In this document: positions 30,007 to 43,600 of the stretch, piece by piece
How the letters are laid out: every line of letters starts with the position of its first letter
How positions within the stretch are numbered: the stretch's first letter is position 1
Assembly (NCBI GenBank): GCA_965285935.1
Contig: OZ260664.1
Span: forward strand, 64,790,001-64,854,000
From: Ophelia neglecta
Lineage: Eukaryota
Direction: 5' to 3'
DNA: 64,000 bases
Program-made: the position numbers and the translations under genes
The notes under the pieces: generated by a model
Database searches by the model: none
The model's input: only the letters and a program-made list of their open reading frames with translations
Told to the model about the DNA's origin: nothing

Positions 30007-33000
30007 ATCATACATGTATTTTTGGTAAAAGAATGAATATATCAGAACCCATCTGTGCTGTAAAATCATAGTCCGTAAAGCCGCAAGCAAATTCAAATGT
30101 TTACTTACCAAAAAAATGTCTTCTCATTTTGGGGAAAATGGAGTAAGAGAGTGTGGGGTTAGGCCCTCCCGACCATGGCAGATTGCATAGCTCCAGTTTG
30201 GGGTAGTCTGTGGGTTGGTCTGACCAACAGTGGTTAATCTATTTAGCAGTGGTAACTGGGCAGGAGGGATCCGAGTGTCTGCTCGTAAAGAAGGCTATCA
30301 ACCAATATGGTAGCGTGGTTTGCCCCTGTCCGCTTTTGTCTCCAAGTGACAGAAGATAAGCATCAAGCGCTGGATGGTGGGGCAGAGGGGTGGGGGTGGA
30401 TTCTAGGACCCAGTGCCAGGAAACAATGGCAAATCTCCTTGGCAGCAGCCTATTGTTCTTGCCTTGCAAGATAAACCAACTAAATGGGCTGACGAGACAT
30501 TCGGCAGGAGTGTGTCCAATCTATTCATGTAATTTTGACATGTAGAACATCAGGGGGCTGAATGGGGGGTTGGCAAATTTACATTTACAGCTGGGTAGAT
30601 GTGGGCGTGAGATCGCTGCCATTTGATTACCAGGAACTCCTCTCCATGCTATGAAACTTCCAGGGTTGTGTTTCACCAGCATTTCTTGAAAACATCTGTT
30701 TTTTGGCATGAATACATTCTAGCGTGAGGTGAATTTCAGGCTTGGCCAATGATATGCATATTCATGACTTCAAAGTGTGATGGAGGTAAGAGGCGTGTTA
30801 ATTATGTTTGTCATCAAGATCTTGTCGAACAATTACTCGGTTGGTTGCACCTGCTCTCCAGAGTAGAAAACCATCCAGAAGTGACATAGCCGGCAGAACT
30901 ACACGCTGATTACGGCCAATTTTCCAGGCAGCATTGTGCAATGATGTATTCAGAGCCACACTAAGTCAACAGAGAGGTCGTGTGCCCGATCAATCCAGGA
31001 GTGTGTCCACTCTTTACTATGATAAATCGCTTTTTGTCACTCACATATGCTACAGTTTTTCGTGGTGATTTTTTCAGTCCTGTCTCAGTTGATTAGCACC
31101 CTTAGTAAAACATTGACGGAAGTCAGCTAAACTTGTGGGTGCTGGAAGCATGTCCGTTACAATTTTCTCCTTATATGGGCAAATCTGATAACTGATTTCA
31201 AAGTGTCGTTGACATGTTTGCTATTCTTTGCATTGATAATACCTGCTGTTTTGTTGTTTCGAATATTGACAGCTACATGGTATTTAACAGTAATGAATTA
31301 ATTCAGGGGTAATTTTATTTGATAAAGGTATATAAAGAAGGTCTGTGCTATTTGCCTATTGGCATTATGTCTAAATTACTTTTAATTGATTCTGAAGTAA
31401 CATCATTTGTGGATATTTTAGATTTGCCAGGAGAGTGAGTGTGCTGCTACAAATATTGTAGATATGTTATCTTTTAAAGTCAAGAAATGCATTTCTGCTG
31501 TGATGAAGCAGTGGCCGTGCCCAATATCTGAGTTTGCATGAGTGGAGAGGACATATGGACCTGTTCACAGAGAATGATAGATAATTGTTTGGCTATTCTG
31601 TTCATGTGTCATACAGGTTAAGGTACTCAGGCAGAAATTGAGCTAAATGCAAAGGTAATAGTTTGCAAGATCAAAAGAAAAATCCTCTCTTCACTCTCAC
31701 TACACCTGTACTAAAATTGGCCACCATCATATTTGGTATGCCTGTCTAGCTTTAATGGAGGACATCTTTCACAAAAACATCCAATTTTCAGTGAGAGGAT
31801 CTTAATTATAGGGTATCCTTAGCAAAATGAGCCCCATTTTTTGAAGGGTCATGGCTTTGATGCATAAAATTAACTAGTATTTCAAGATTGATGACTTTGT
31901 AGTTGAGTAAGTCACAGTAATTTTTGCCACACACACAGCAATAGCTCACTCGCAATAGCTCACTCATGAGGTTTGGCAGGGTTCAAATAATTTCTATTGT
32001 TGGGGATGTTGACGCCAGTGGATATCGAAGGGGAACCTGTCAGCTTTACTGGGCTCTGTCTGGTCTCTGTGTGGCCTGCTGACAAATAGCCATCTCCAGA
32101 TTGGACCACCATGTTAACACCACCTCTGTGATCAGCCTCCAACTGTGGATTTTACATACATGGTGGTACAAACAAAATGTATGTCCTCTTACCAGACAAA
32201 GTTAGGTTTGTTATAATGAAGGAACTCATTGATAGTTTCCATAATTAAAATGTGGTCAATTGAGTTTCCCATTTGCACATCTTTATACAAGGTTTAGGTC
32301 TTTGTGAATATCAGTAAAAAAAAGACCATAGATGTACTTGTTAAACATATAGTATTGTTCTAAACGGGGTGTTGAAAGTCTATTGCATGTGTGAACCTCT
32401 GTGTGTACTCATTAGTAGTAATCATGGCTGCTAGCTACGCAATATTAATTATGTTTGTGCGTCATCTGTTCAATGTTATGCCTCATCAAATACTTTACAC
32501 TCATGTGTACACATGACAAGCATGGTCTATGTTTACAACTATTATGAACAATGTAACAACTAATCCAAAATGATAAATAAATTATATGATATCTGACACC
32601 ATCATTGATGGGTGACTTAAAATACTTAATTGGACAATACTCTTATGAAATCATTTTGGAGCCTCCAATATAGTTATTTTTATTGCCTGTCAAACAAGTA
32701 ATGCTTGTTGATTGAGGTTCCCTTTCAAAACAAATATAGCATTATATATAAGGACATAAAATGTATGTTTATAAAAATTCAATTTCATATGATTGTTAAT
32801 GTAGTAAATATCTCAAAAGATAGCAGTTGCAGTATTTCCCTCCACACCTGCTTGCTTGATTCTTGAATGTTAAAACATTTCTTTGTTTTTTTAGAACTTG
32901 TACCATGTTACATAATCATAATATTTACTCACTTTGTAAGCCATGATTTTATTTAGAAAAAAGGGACAATGTGTATATAAGTGGTATAAGCTCTCTTTGT

Positions 33001-35767
33001 TTGGTAGTCACCTCCACATGATCATTTGTTCTGTCTGATCTGCGTCATGACAATATCGCACGGCCTGGAGGCCTCGCTTTTTGGTGGCTGAATCAACTAA
33101 ATTACCGTGATGAGTTGAGCTATGACCACGTACATAAAAACAGGTATTTTTAGCCCGAAGAGATGCTTAAAACTGTTATTATATGCTAGTTCTGTCCTAT
33201 CAGCAGGAAGTCAAGAAATGGCACCTGGATTGTTGTTAAAAGGCCCATACAACTGTTAGCAGTGAAGTGATCTCTTTAGCCCCTGTCCGCCATGATGATG
33301 GGCTGTAAGCTTTGTAAATTAAATTGATAGATGACATGGATCATATTTCTGCAATACTTGTTTGATGTGGTTTTGACCATAGTTCATAAATAAATTTGAT
33401 TTTTGAAGGAAACATTCCTAGACATTTTTTAGTTAATTTGTGTTCACTGCCATTTTAATGGATATGTCACAGTGTGCCATTTTAGTATTTTTGCATATTT
33501 AGTATTTAACATTCAAGTTATTGGTTTAAAGTAATCCCTTTTTTAAATTGGGGTACCTGTATGACAAGAATTGCATTACCCATCCACCTGTTACCTTGTA
33601 TTAGTCTAATCTAACCATGGGTTTTAATTAACTCCCCGCTAGTCAAATACAACTACCTGGTACATGAGATAGTATTAAATGTTTAAGTGGTCTGTACACA
33701 GCCTTCTTGTCACTCTATCATCACAATAATTTGCCTTTGTCTTGTCACTATTCTACATGTCAAGGCTAGTCTGCCTAAGTTCAGACTTCATCACCAGGAG
33801 CACCCTATCCCTGGACTCTCCAAAGGATACGGCTCCCGGCTTCCCTTAGCTGGAACCTTCTCAGTGATCTGGAACTGACTGGACTGTCTCTTTATGTTCC
33901 TGTATCTGAATATGTAGCTAACACCTATCAATCATCTTGAAATCACTGCAAACCAGATGCTGGACAGTAAACTTTGTCAAAGATATACAAAAGCCACAAT
34001 TTGCTTCATTTCTTTAGCCACTAATAAATTGTAAGCAGCTTATAAATTTATCTCGAAAATGCATATTAATTGGAAATCCAAGTAACACATTTTAGATTTG
34101 ACATTAGTAAATGATACATATTTGTAGAATAAACCATGGGCAATGTTTAGTGTGCCAACATGTCAGGGTAAATGAATACATGCTGATATGAATCACCAGC
34201 ATCCCAAAACTTTTGGGAAATTCATACTAAGCATTGTACTTAACCAGATTAGTCACAAACTATGTACCAAGGGTAGGAGATCAGTATACTTAGCCTCAGT
34301 GGCTTTCTCAGTTAGATGCCACTAAGTCCATTTGCATGACAATAGGTACAGTCTGACAATCAGCAAAAAACTTGCTTGGTTTGTCATTATGTTCTTGGTT
34401 GTGCTGTCATGGCAATGAAAAATTATGCAGTTATTTGGTTACTATCAGACAATATTCCTTATGTGCAAAATCAGGATTGACCATGAAAAACAATTATGAC
34501 CAAAGTAAAAAAATGAAATAAATAGTTAATAGTGATTATGAGTACCTTTGTAAAGTGCTAGTGCCAGTGCCCAGTGATGTGGATATTGGGAGGGTGGGGC
34601 CGGACAGGTCGCTAGAGATGTGCTCCACGACAGCTGGTCCAGTCGGATCAGGGGTGCAGGGGGATGACCCGCCTGCCCTGCCCGACCCCTGTGGCCCTGG
34701 CTCCTCCCTGGGTCCAGCTCTATGCCTGAGTCAGCCACCTGGCCTCCTGCACAGCGTCCACCAAGGTCCAGTTGTTTGGCCACTGTCAGTGTCACTGGCA
34801 ATTACTCAAATCCTTTATGAGGTGCCTCAAAAGACAATAATGTCCACCTCCTCAATTAGTTTTCTGACCACTGTCCACTATTGAGTCCAGCCTGGTTGAT
34901 TAGCCTGATGGCTAAGCTTGCCCAGCCTGATCCAGGGGATGATGTGGTTTGGGTAGCTCAGGCTATTGGCTCACCTCCAATGGGGCTTGTGTGCCTTGCA
35001 TGCGGTGTGCTGGTTGGCTGTGCACGATACCGCATGCTCCTCTCTGCAACCCCACCTTGGTCGCTGGGCAGCCACTCAGGTTGCCCAATGGTACACCTAG
35101 GGTTACCAGGCAAGTTACTACCACTTGTAACAGCCTTCCTGATCAATACTCTAGAGCTGCAAGCTGTTCATAGCAATTGTCCATGAATGGGGAAGCTGGC
35201 AGTCACTGGTGAAAGGGGGGTAATGGAGTAGAGGAATTCACTTCATTTGGCATTGCCAGCTAAATCACTGCAGTTTAAAAGCCATATTTCCTTGAACTTC
35301 TCTGATGAGTGATGGGCTCCTGAGATGACTCACAAAACTACATTTATCTATTCTTGTCAAGCAAATTGTGCATATTCTGGCTGTTACTTTTGTGAGTAAT
35401 CTGCACCCCAAGCCAACTGCTACTTGCATGGCCATTTAGATACAGCAGGCAATATCTACAATTTCCTGAAGGCAGTGTGTGTGTGTTGTGTGTGCAGGCT
35501 CAGGGTGGTCAGCATGCTACAACATACACTAGGCAGTGCCCTGTTCTAATTATTGCAGGTAACAAAAAAGTATCCCAGTGGATGAAAACATGCATGGTCA
35601 GTCATTTTCTAATTTGAGACATTCCAGATATATATTCCTGGACCCTTTAATTCTAGTTACAGTTGTCCCTCAGGAACTACTTTCATCTACCATGCCAAGT
35701 ATATAGATATGCTCTTTTATCACTGACTTTTCATAGTTTTAATGACTTTTGTAATTGAATTCATATA

Positions 35768-35909
35768 CAGTGAAACCTATAAATTAAGACCACCAAAGGG
35801 ACTGAAGAATACTGGTCTGATTTTTGAGGTGGTCTGTTTACACAGGTTATTCAACATGAATTGACAGGTGGTCTGATTATAGAGGTGGTCTTTAAGGCAC
35901 GTTTCACTG
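35768..35909. mobile_element. Tc1/mariner-type MITE
   Basis: Terminal CAGTGAAAC...GTTTCACTG flanked by TA on both sides; internal repeated AGGTGGTCT motifs and inverted TAA(A)GACCACC/GGTGGTCTTTA. Confidence 0.8.
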
Positions 35910-38056
35910 TATGTTTGTTTTTCTCTGTTTTCCCCTGTATTCTTTTTGTCATTAAAATTTGTTCCATGGTCATAAATGGGAACTGGGAGTTGATTTATCA
36001 TGGGGATTCAATTTGGATTAATTTCTTATGTGTACTGGATACATCATTTATTCCATCAAACAATTAGATATACTGCACTTATTTGTTTGTGTCAAAAAGG
36101 GCAATGATTTAGCAATCTGTGACTGGCAATAAACAGTCAAGAGGATTTTGTTATATTATTGTACTGTGTCCAGGCTCAGAGGTTCCAATGTACATAATCT
36201 ATTTAGGGAAGGTAGCTTGATTAGCTGTTGACTCATTAACATATTAGCAACTGAAATTTTAAACAGTCTAAGTTGAATTAAGCTGTCAAATGGTAGTTGT
36301 TTATATAATATTTCACTTGTGGGATTTCATTGGCAAGACTGAATTTGGGATTGAGAATGCATAAATCTATGCCATCTATAAGTTTTCAATTTGCAAAAGT
36401 ACCTTTGCAAATTTGCCCTAAGTAGTCAATATCCTTTAATTAATAGTGGCATTTTTCAAGAAATGTTTAATGTTCCTAACTGCTTATTTCCGCCAACATT
36501 TTTTTTGTTTCTGGTAATGCATGTTTCTTTATCAACCAAATTGGTTTCCTTTCTTTGCCAGACGTTGTTCCTTTTTCTCAAGTCATCTGTTTCGCCACTT
36601 AGCTGCACATGTCATAGAGAACCTATTGGTTCAATCTTTGACAATTCAATGGGCGAACAAATGGAAATGTCACCGTAAAGTGTGACATACAAGCCTAATA
36701 GTACCTTGATGAATGTAAGATTCAATTAATCTGGTAACTCTTGTCTAGAAACATTCAAAGAATCTGTGTTTGTCTTTTTACTCAATCTTTTCTCCTGTGA
36801 TTAATTTCACTTGGGTTTCTTTGTTATTGGATGGGCAAAATATTTGTGGTCAAGGGCCCAATCTCGGGCTCGGCGTACATCATGCCCCTGTCACAGCTTG
36901 GTTGCACAGTGGCATTGTTCACCGCATTCGGTTCGACAATGGGCTCAAATTTATTTTTTTATGAAAATTGTCCACATCCATTTAATTAGCTGCCTGTCAT
37001 CTAGCCTTTCAATTTCTTATCCCGTAAAGCTCTGTAATTTATTGCCAGGAAGTGCCTTCTTCTTACGAAATGAACCTAACAGTCTCAAACTGCACTATTT
37101 TATTAGCAGAAGAATTAAGGGCAATGCTCAGTGTAAAGGTTACTTTGTAAGTGGTGAAGTTGAACTCTACTTTCAATCTAGTAAGTATTATTTCACTTGT
37201 CACTTAATCATATTTCTGTTGTGTAGTATTGTACATTATTGGCAGAATTGTAAATTATTGGTAGACTGTAGATTATTGGTAGTATTGTAGATTATATTAT
37301 TGAAGGCATTTATGAAAGCAATACCATGGTTACTGCCTTAATGAGAGTATCCCAGTGTTTTAAAATCAAGTAGACCTAAGCAGCAACTATCTTTTATTTC
37401 AAATCAGATTCAGGGGTTATATTGGGCTGACAAAGCATATTACTTCAAATCAAGCTAAATGCTTTAATATATTTGCATCATTGTGAAGTTACTTAATTGC
37501 CCCATCTAAAATACCACACACATTTTCATTGAAGTGTGTAGGGCTTCATTCACTATAGCTAGCACCAATGCCAGCTCTCTTGGAAACAAAGAACCTGCCT
37601 AAAATATACTTTGCTCTTGATGTGTTCACACATCAGAAGTCACTAGAAGTAGTATTCAAGATCATGGCACCTATACTACTTCAATTTACCATTGTATCTA
37701 GCTTATGTGCAGCTGTAAGTATAAAATTGGATACTTAATTAATTTATTATGGAGAAATCTTTAAAATAAAATTCTATTAGGTCTTACTCTTGTGTTACCG
37801 TTGCAACTACAGCCTAGGAAATTATTGAGAAAATATCATTATAATCTATCACCCAGGTCCATTGCAATTCGGACAAATTTCTGAGAGTAAACTCAGTTTT
37901 CATTATATCCACCAACTTTATCATGCTGGAATAATTGTCATTCTTAATTTCTTGACTCCCATCGTCCACCTAAAAAAAGATGTCTTCCACCAAGACCCAA
38001 CAAACTCCAAAGGGATTCATACATACATACATTGTAGGTTCTTCATGACTCCCATG

Positions 38057-38363
38057 AACCAAAGCCTGCGCGAGTGGTTAGAGCGTCCACCTCGCAACTG
38101 GAAGATTGGGGTTTAGATCGCAATTGTGTCAAACCCAAGATGTAAAAATAGGTACTGATAGCTCTATTTCGGGGGTAGTATCAGGATTGGTCAACCCGGT
38201 GTCAGTATAATATGACTGGTAGGGTTTCCTGTTGTCTGGTGTCTACGGCAGGTACTCCAGTGAGGCAACATGATAAAGAGGGCATTAAGCCCACTGTCAC
38301 AAGTAGGCACTGTGACCGATAAGTGTTGAAAGCCAAGTAAAAACCCCAAACAACCAACCAACC
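38057..38363 (+). mobile_element. tRNA-derived SINE with Meta/MESC-like core
   Basis: Degenerate A box (GCGCGAGTGGTTAGAGCG) and B box (GGTTTAGATCGC), central CCCGGTGTCAGTATAATATGACTGG...CTCCAGTGAGGCAACATGATAAAG core, and tail GTTGAAAGCCAAGTAAAAACCCCAAAC(AACC)3. Confidence 0.78.
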
Positions 38364-39225
38364 TTCAGTGCCACACAACTGAGACACTGTATCTATTTGT
38401 TCATTTGAAACCAAAAAATAATAAAATAGGTGTACTATAAAAATAATTACTCTACAACTTTTATTACAGTACTTTGATACAATATTGACACAAGTTTTCT
38501 TCTCAAATTTGATCCTAAGAAAAGTATAATTAGTTTAACATGTGAAATCATGGAGCTTTTAGTTCACAGTCAATATGAATAGCTATATTCATATAGCCAT
38601 AAGTCTTTTTTTGTAACTTTTTAACCTTTAGTAAGCAGCCAATATGGAAAATTAAAATCTGAGCTCTGGTTTTAGGAATGAAGGAGCTAATCGTGATACC
38701 ATTTGATACAGAAACCCAAAGAGAAATTACTTGTATGTGTAAAAGAAAATACAGAGTTTGGAATGTACAACGCTCCAAGTATGTGCAATGAGACATGCCT
38801 TGATTGTGATCCTCAGAGTGTTATTGTACATACCATGATAAAATCCATTTCTTTGCTCTATGATTGATGTACATTGGCCCTGATATTATCAATAGGTATT
38901 AGCAAAGGATCAGATAGAAATTTCTAATAACAATTTTTAATGTGAGATGTTCAGTTTTGATTCATACAAAATGTCCATAGGTCAAAGTGAAAATGAATGA
39001 TGAAATGTTTGATCATGATGTAGATATATGTATGCCCAAAACAAGATTTGGCAAACATTGCATCGCAATTGCAATGTCTAGCATCTTTGAGAACAAAATA
39101 AATGGTCAGTTTGTGCCCAAGTAGTGTAGCCTGATAAATGTTATATTTTAAGTAATTCTTGTGGCCTGACCTCAGCTTTGGTTAGACCAATAAGAACCTC
39201 TCCTATTATTCTTGGAAGTCCTGTA

Positions 39226-39403
39226 CAGTGGTCCCTGTGTTGTAGGGCCACCCCTAAATCCAAGAAAAAGTGGCCTTACATTGCAGGTGGCCCTCCACCA
39301 GAGGTACTTTAACATGGAAAAGATAGGACATGGGAATTCCAAATCTGTCTTGCCATCGCAGGTGGCCCTTCATCGGAGGGGCCCTACATCACAGGGACCA
39401 CTG
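39226..39403. mobile_element. Tc1/mariner-type MITE
   Basis: 24-bp TIRs CAGTGGTCCCTGTG(T/A)TGTAGGGCC (23/24 identical) with TA target duplication; internal AGGTGGCC repeats. Confidence 0.88.
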
Positions 39404-40044
39404 TATTTGCCTGCACTGCAATTGGGAATTGGTGTAAAAGGGACATGAATGGTGCATGTGTACCAATTTATTGTACCCAGGGCTTTTCTGGAAATTGCGC
39501 TTGACGTGAGGTGGAAGGCAAAGGTTTATGTGTGTGTGTGGGGGGGGGAGGGGGGGGGAGGGGGAGGGAGAGAGAAGGGGTGTAATTTTGTTAACCTAAA
39601 TGAAATTGGGGTAATTTATTATTTCTACATGTACAGACGGGTGGATCCCGAAATAAATTGCCTCCCACCCTTCTCTGAGGACAATTTCTGGAAAACACAA
39701 GTTTGCCAAGTGCACAACTTTTGCCCCTTCCAGCCGCTTGAATCAGATTAAGTAAATTTTAAAACGGCAAAATGAATATCACATATCTTTATATACTTAA
39801 TGAGGGTTGCCAATAAAGAGGTCCCATTCCGCTTGTAAATACATTTATTAGTAGTGGATGATGGAGTGTAAGTGCTAGCGGATCAGGGCTTTTTTCTGGA
39901 CATTTTTTTTTTTGCCCTGCCCTCTGGTCGGCTGAGTATTTTATAAAGATTCATAGATTCACAGTTTGTGTAACACTTCATCATCAGAGACCTTTTTTTC
40001 TAGCGCACTTGCGCTGAATATCCTATATAGGGCCCTTCCTGCAC

Positions 40045-40669
40045 AAACTGCACTCTATCTGCCCCACCATACCGAAATCATTTCGACAGCCTCTTGCCTC
40101 CCGGTGGGACGACTTGATCATGTCTCGTCTGCGCATCGGCCACTCACATTTTACACACACTCACCTACTGAGAAGAGAGGACCCACCTTTTTGTGAGGGC
40201 TGCCAATGCCAGATTACTATCCAACACATTCTGTTGGAATGTAGCGATTTTGCCGAGGCTAGATACCGTTTTTATAATGTTAACAACCTCAAAACCTTAA
40301 TGGACAAGGTCTGCCCACAGCAGATCCTTAATTTCTTAAAATCTATAGATCTCTACTACAAAATGTAGTAGATCTTTAACGTGGAAACCAATTTTAATGT
40401 GCGAAAGTTTATGGAACTTTCTTTTATCTATTTATTGAACAACTAACCTTTTACCTTCCTTTACTAACACATTTTAGTCAGAAAAACATCTGACCCATCC
40501 ACCTAGAAGATTTTTTTACAAAATAGAGCTCAATAACTGCTTACTTCTTACTATTATCCCCATGTAAATAAAAATAGACAGTACAATAAACGATTAACTA
40601 TACCCAACTTAAGACACTAAATGACCCACATGGTGTCTATGTGTCGTTAAGCCCCAAAAATCCAAATCC
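40045..40669 (+). mobile_element. 5'-truncated non-LTR retrotransposon (I/Nimb-like), ORF2 C-terminus plus 3' UTR
   Basis: KLHSICP...SRLRIGHSHFTHTHLLRREDPPFCEGCQCQITIQHILLEC...ILNFLKSIDLYYKM* is the RLRIGH plus CCHC tail typical of RNase-H-bearing I-group LINEs. The 3' end GTGTCGTTAAGCCCCAAAAATCCAAATCC has a short-repeat tail. Confidence 0.88.
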
Positions 40670-43600
40670 TTCCTGCTATATATGGTACGCTGACCTTCAC
40701 GGAGTAAACTGTGCTTGTTCAGCTAAAGGCATGAAAGTGCTGTTGACATTCCCAACCCTACATATTGGCCTATTCGCCAATTGCCGGGTCTGTTGTGCCC
40801 AATTAGTCAATATTAGCAGATTTTAAAATTAAGTAGTTTTAAGTAGAATTTGTGAATTAACATCAATTTTTCACTTTCATGTTTAACCCAAAGCTTTTCA
40901 TAGAGATTCTGGGCTGAATGTTGCCATGATAACTGACAAAATATTCACATTCGCATATAAGTAGCATAAAGACATGCCTCCCAATATATGCATAAAAAAT
41001 GCACAAAGATCCTATATATATGGTTTTGGTAGGTTTTCACAATTAGGCTTCCCCAGCCATTTTTTATTATTTCTTAACAGTACCTATAGTGACAGTATTG
41101 GCTGTCACAATTTCAAACCAGTAGCCTTTAAATTCCCTTATTTTCCCAAAATTTGCAAATTTCCTTGTTCTTTTTGCATGTAATTTTTAACGTTTTCCCT
41201 GTTTTCCCAGTCCTATGGCAACCCTGCCAAATGTCTTCCCATCAACATTAATAGAGAATAGACTAATCTACATGAGAGCCAATATCATGTTTGTAGGCAA
41301 GGTGCACATTTTCACCTAAATGTGCACTTATCCCCTATAATTAAAAGTACATGTATTACAGAAAAAAATAGCTCATTTGAAATAGCCGGGGAAATGACTT
41401 TTTAAATTCACTTGTTTAAAATAAAACATCTTTTTTTCTCAGGGAGTAGATAGGATTCATTATTTAATCTTTCACAACAGAATGCTCCTGGAAGTATTAA
41501 TAGGAAAACATTTATGCATACAATTCTGAATCTGTGTGTAATGAACAACTTGTGACATGTTTATATCCAGCAAGCATCCAGAAAAAGAAAGTTTATTATA
41601 ATATAAGGAACCAAATAATTTTTCTATATATTATAATTTGATAACTTTAGGGATAGTGTCACAGATTTGCTGAACCGCGGACATGTGGTAGCCACTTTCC
41701 CCTGTGCCTACTTCTGCCAAAGTTGGCTTTGCAAGGCTTGTTAAATACAACTTACTAGTGAAGGCAAGTTTCTGAATGATTCTAAGAAAGTCAGAAAGTG
41801 GAGTTCATAGCTTGTTAGAAGAAAAACAGTCTCTGAAGAGGACTGTGATTTGTTCCAAAAGCTGGCTAGAAATACTCTCTCAGTGGACTTCCTTGGAATT
41901 ACAAATCAGCTTTTGCAGAATTTCAATACTCACTGTTTTTTTTTTATGATACCATCAAATGGCACAAGGAAGTCACTCACAATGTGAGTGTTGTTTGTAG
42001 ATTAATAATAAAAAAAGGCCATACACAAAAGATTAATATTAACTTACCTTTTACTCAGTAAACTTTGTTGATATTATACCACACACTTTTCTGGCTTCTA
42101 GCACATCCATTGTTTTTCAGTTATTTTGTGATTCCCTTCCATGCTAGTAATGAAATTTGCAGTGTAATCCAGTTTATATGTTATGAAACTTTGGCCTATT
42201 AAGCTTTCTCATCAATGTACAGCTGTGATATCCTTAAAACATCCATTCACTGAAACAAAGATGTATACCGGTATGAACTGCAAGTAACTATCACTGATTA
42301 TTGGTAGGGCTTCGTATTTTGCGTCATCGATGTTATATATATGAATATTCATGAGTAAATGACGAAAGACTATGACATGTGTTATATACCATACATGTTA
42401 ATTATTTAACTGTGAATCCCACAGACCATAGTCACAATGAGTCATTTAATATGAATGTTCATATGCATCCAAACTGAATATTTGGTCAAACAATTTCAGA
42501 TGCAAACAGGAACAAGTTCAATCAGATCTAGGCAATTATTACAAATGTTACAAATTCTATGGCTAAAATCAAGTGAAGTTTTCCCTTGATTCAAGCATTT
42601 CTACAACCTAAAGAAGTATTCCAACAACAAGCTGAGTTGGACCTACCTAGAAATAACTCCCAGTAATATACATATAATGACATTTTAGAATAGCACTCCT
42701 CTATTCAAGACTGGCTGGTGTAGATCTGTATGAATAACCCACTACAGCACATTTCAATATGTTTGCGCATGTGCATTTATCAAACCCAAGTTTTTTGCGC
42801 TTTCCAGTGAAAAACCACTACAAAATTGATGGCTAACATACATATTTGTATTTTACTGCAATGATATTGTCAATGAGAATGTCCTTTACCTTTAACCATG
42901 GGAACTCAATAGAACTGGAAAAAGGCATGGCTGCAATGTGTATTATAACTTACCCCGGGCAACCCATACAGTATTTCATTATATTTGTTTTAGCTTCTTT
43001 TCATAATTCGCCACATAATTGTGGTCTCACAGTTTCCTGTCGTTGGGATACTTGTACCAAGTGGAGAAGGCCTGCTTACTACATGTATTTTGGGAATATG
43101 GTACCAGTGTACCATATGACCTGCTTGTTACTTGTAACTACCGCTTACTCTCAGCCAATCACTATCCACACTCATTTTGAAAAGTACGGCCTGTATTCGG
43201 TTAAACAATCAATTGAGAAATGTTGTATAGCTTGATTCTGGGAATTTATTTTCAAGCCGTAAGTTGTATCTTTCTATTGTTCAAAGTCCCACTGTAATAG
43301 ATATCTTAGATTATATATCATGAGTAGTTGAATACTACTTGCACTGAGTCATGGGACCATTAGACATCCACTTTTAGAAAAGTTGCTTACTTTGTATTGC
43401 TGTTGAACCACAGGCTTTTCGATGAACCCATGATTGCTAATGACAGAATACTCTGCCTAGAATATCTAGAGTGTATCTACTAGTTTAGCAGTGCATTAGT
43501 TACAGAGGTGTGCTACATTGACTTTTGTAATGATCAATGGCAGGAGAAGCTCAAAGTACTCTGCAACAGAAAAATTGCTCTCATTTCCCCAAAATAAATA

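Noticed and set aside
38062-38125. tRNA-like sequence
   Set aside because: Degenerate, no complete cloverleaf, and continuous with a SINE body and tail.
42339-42464. Degenerate inverted repeat
   Set aside because: Too decayed to assign; no clear TSD.
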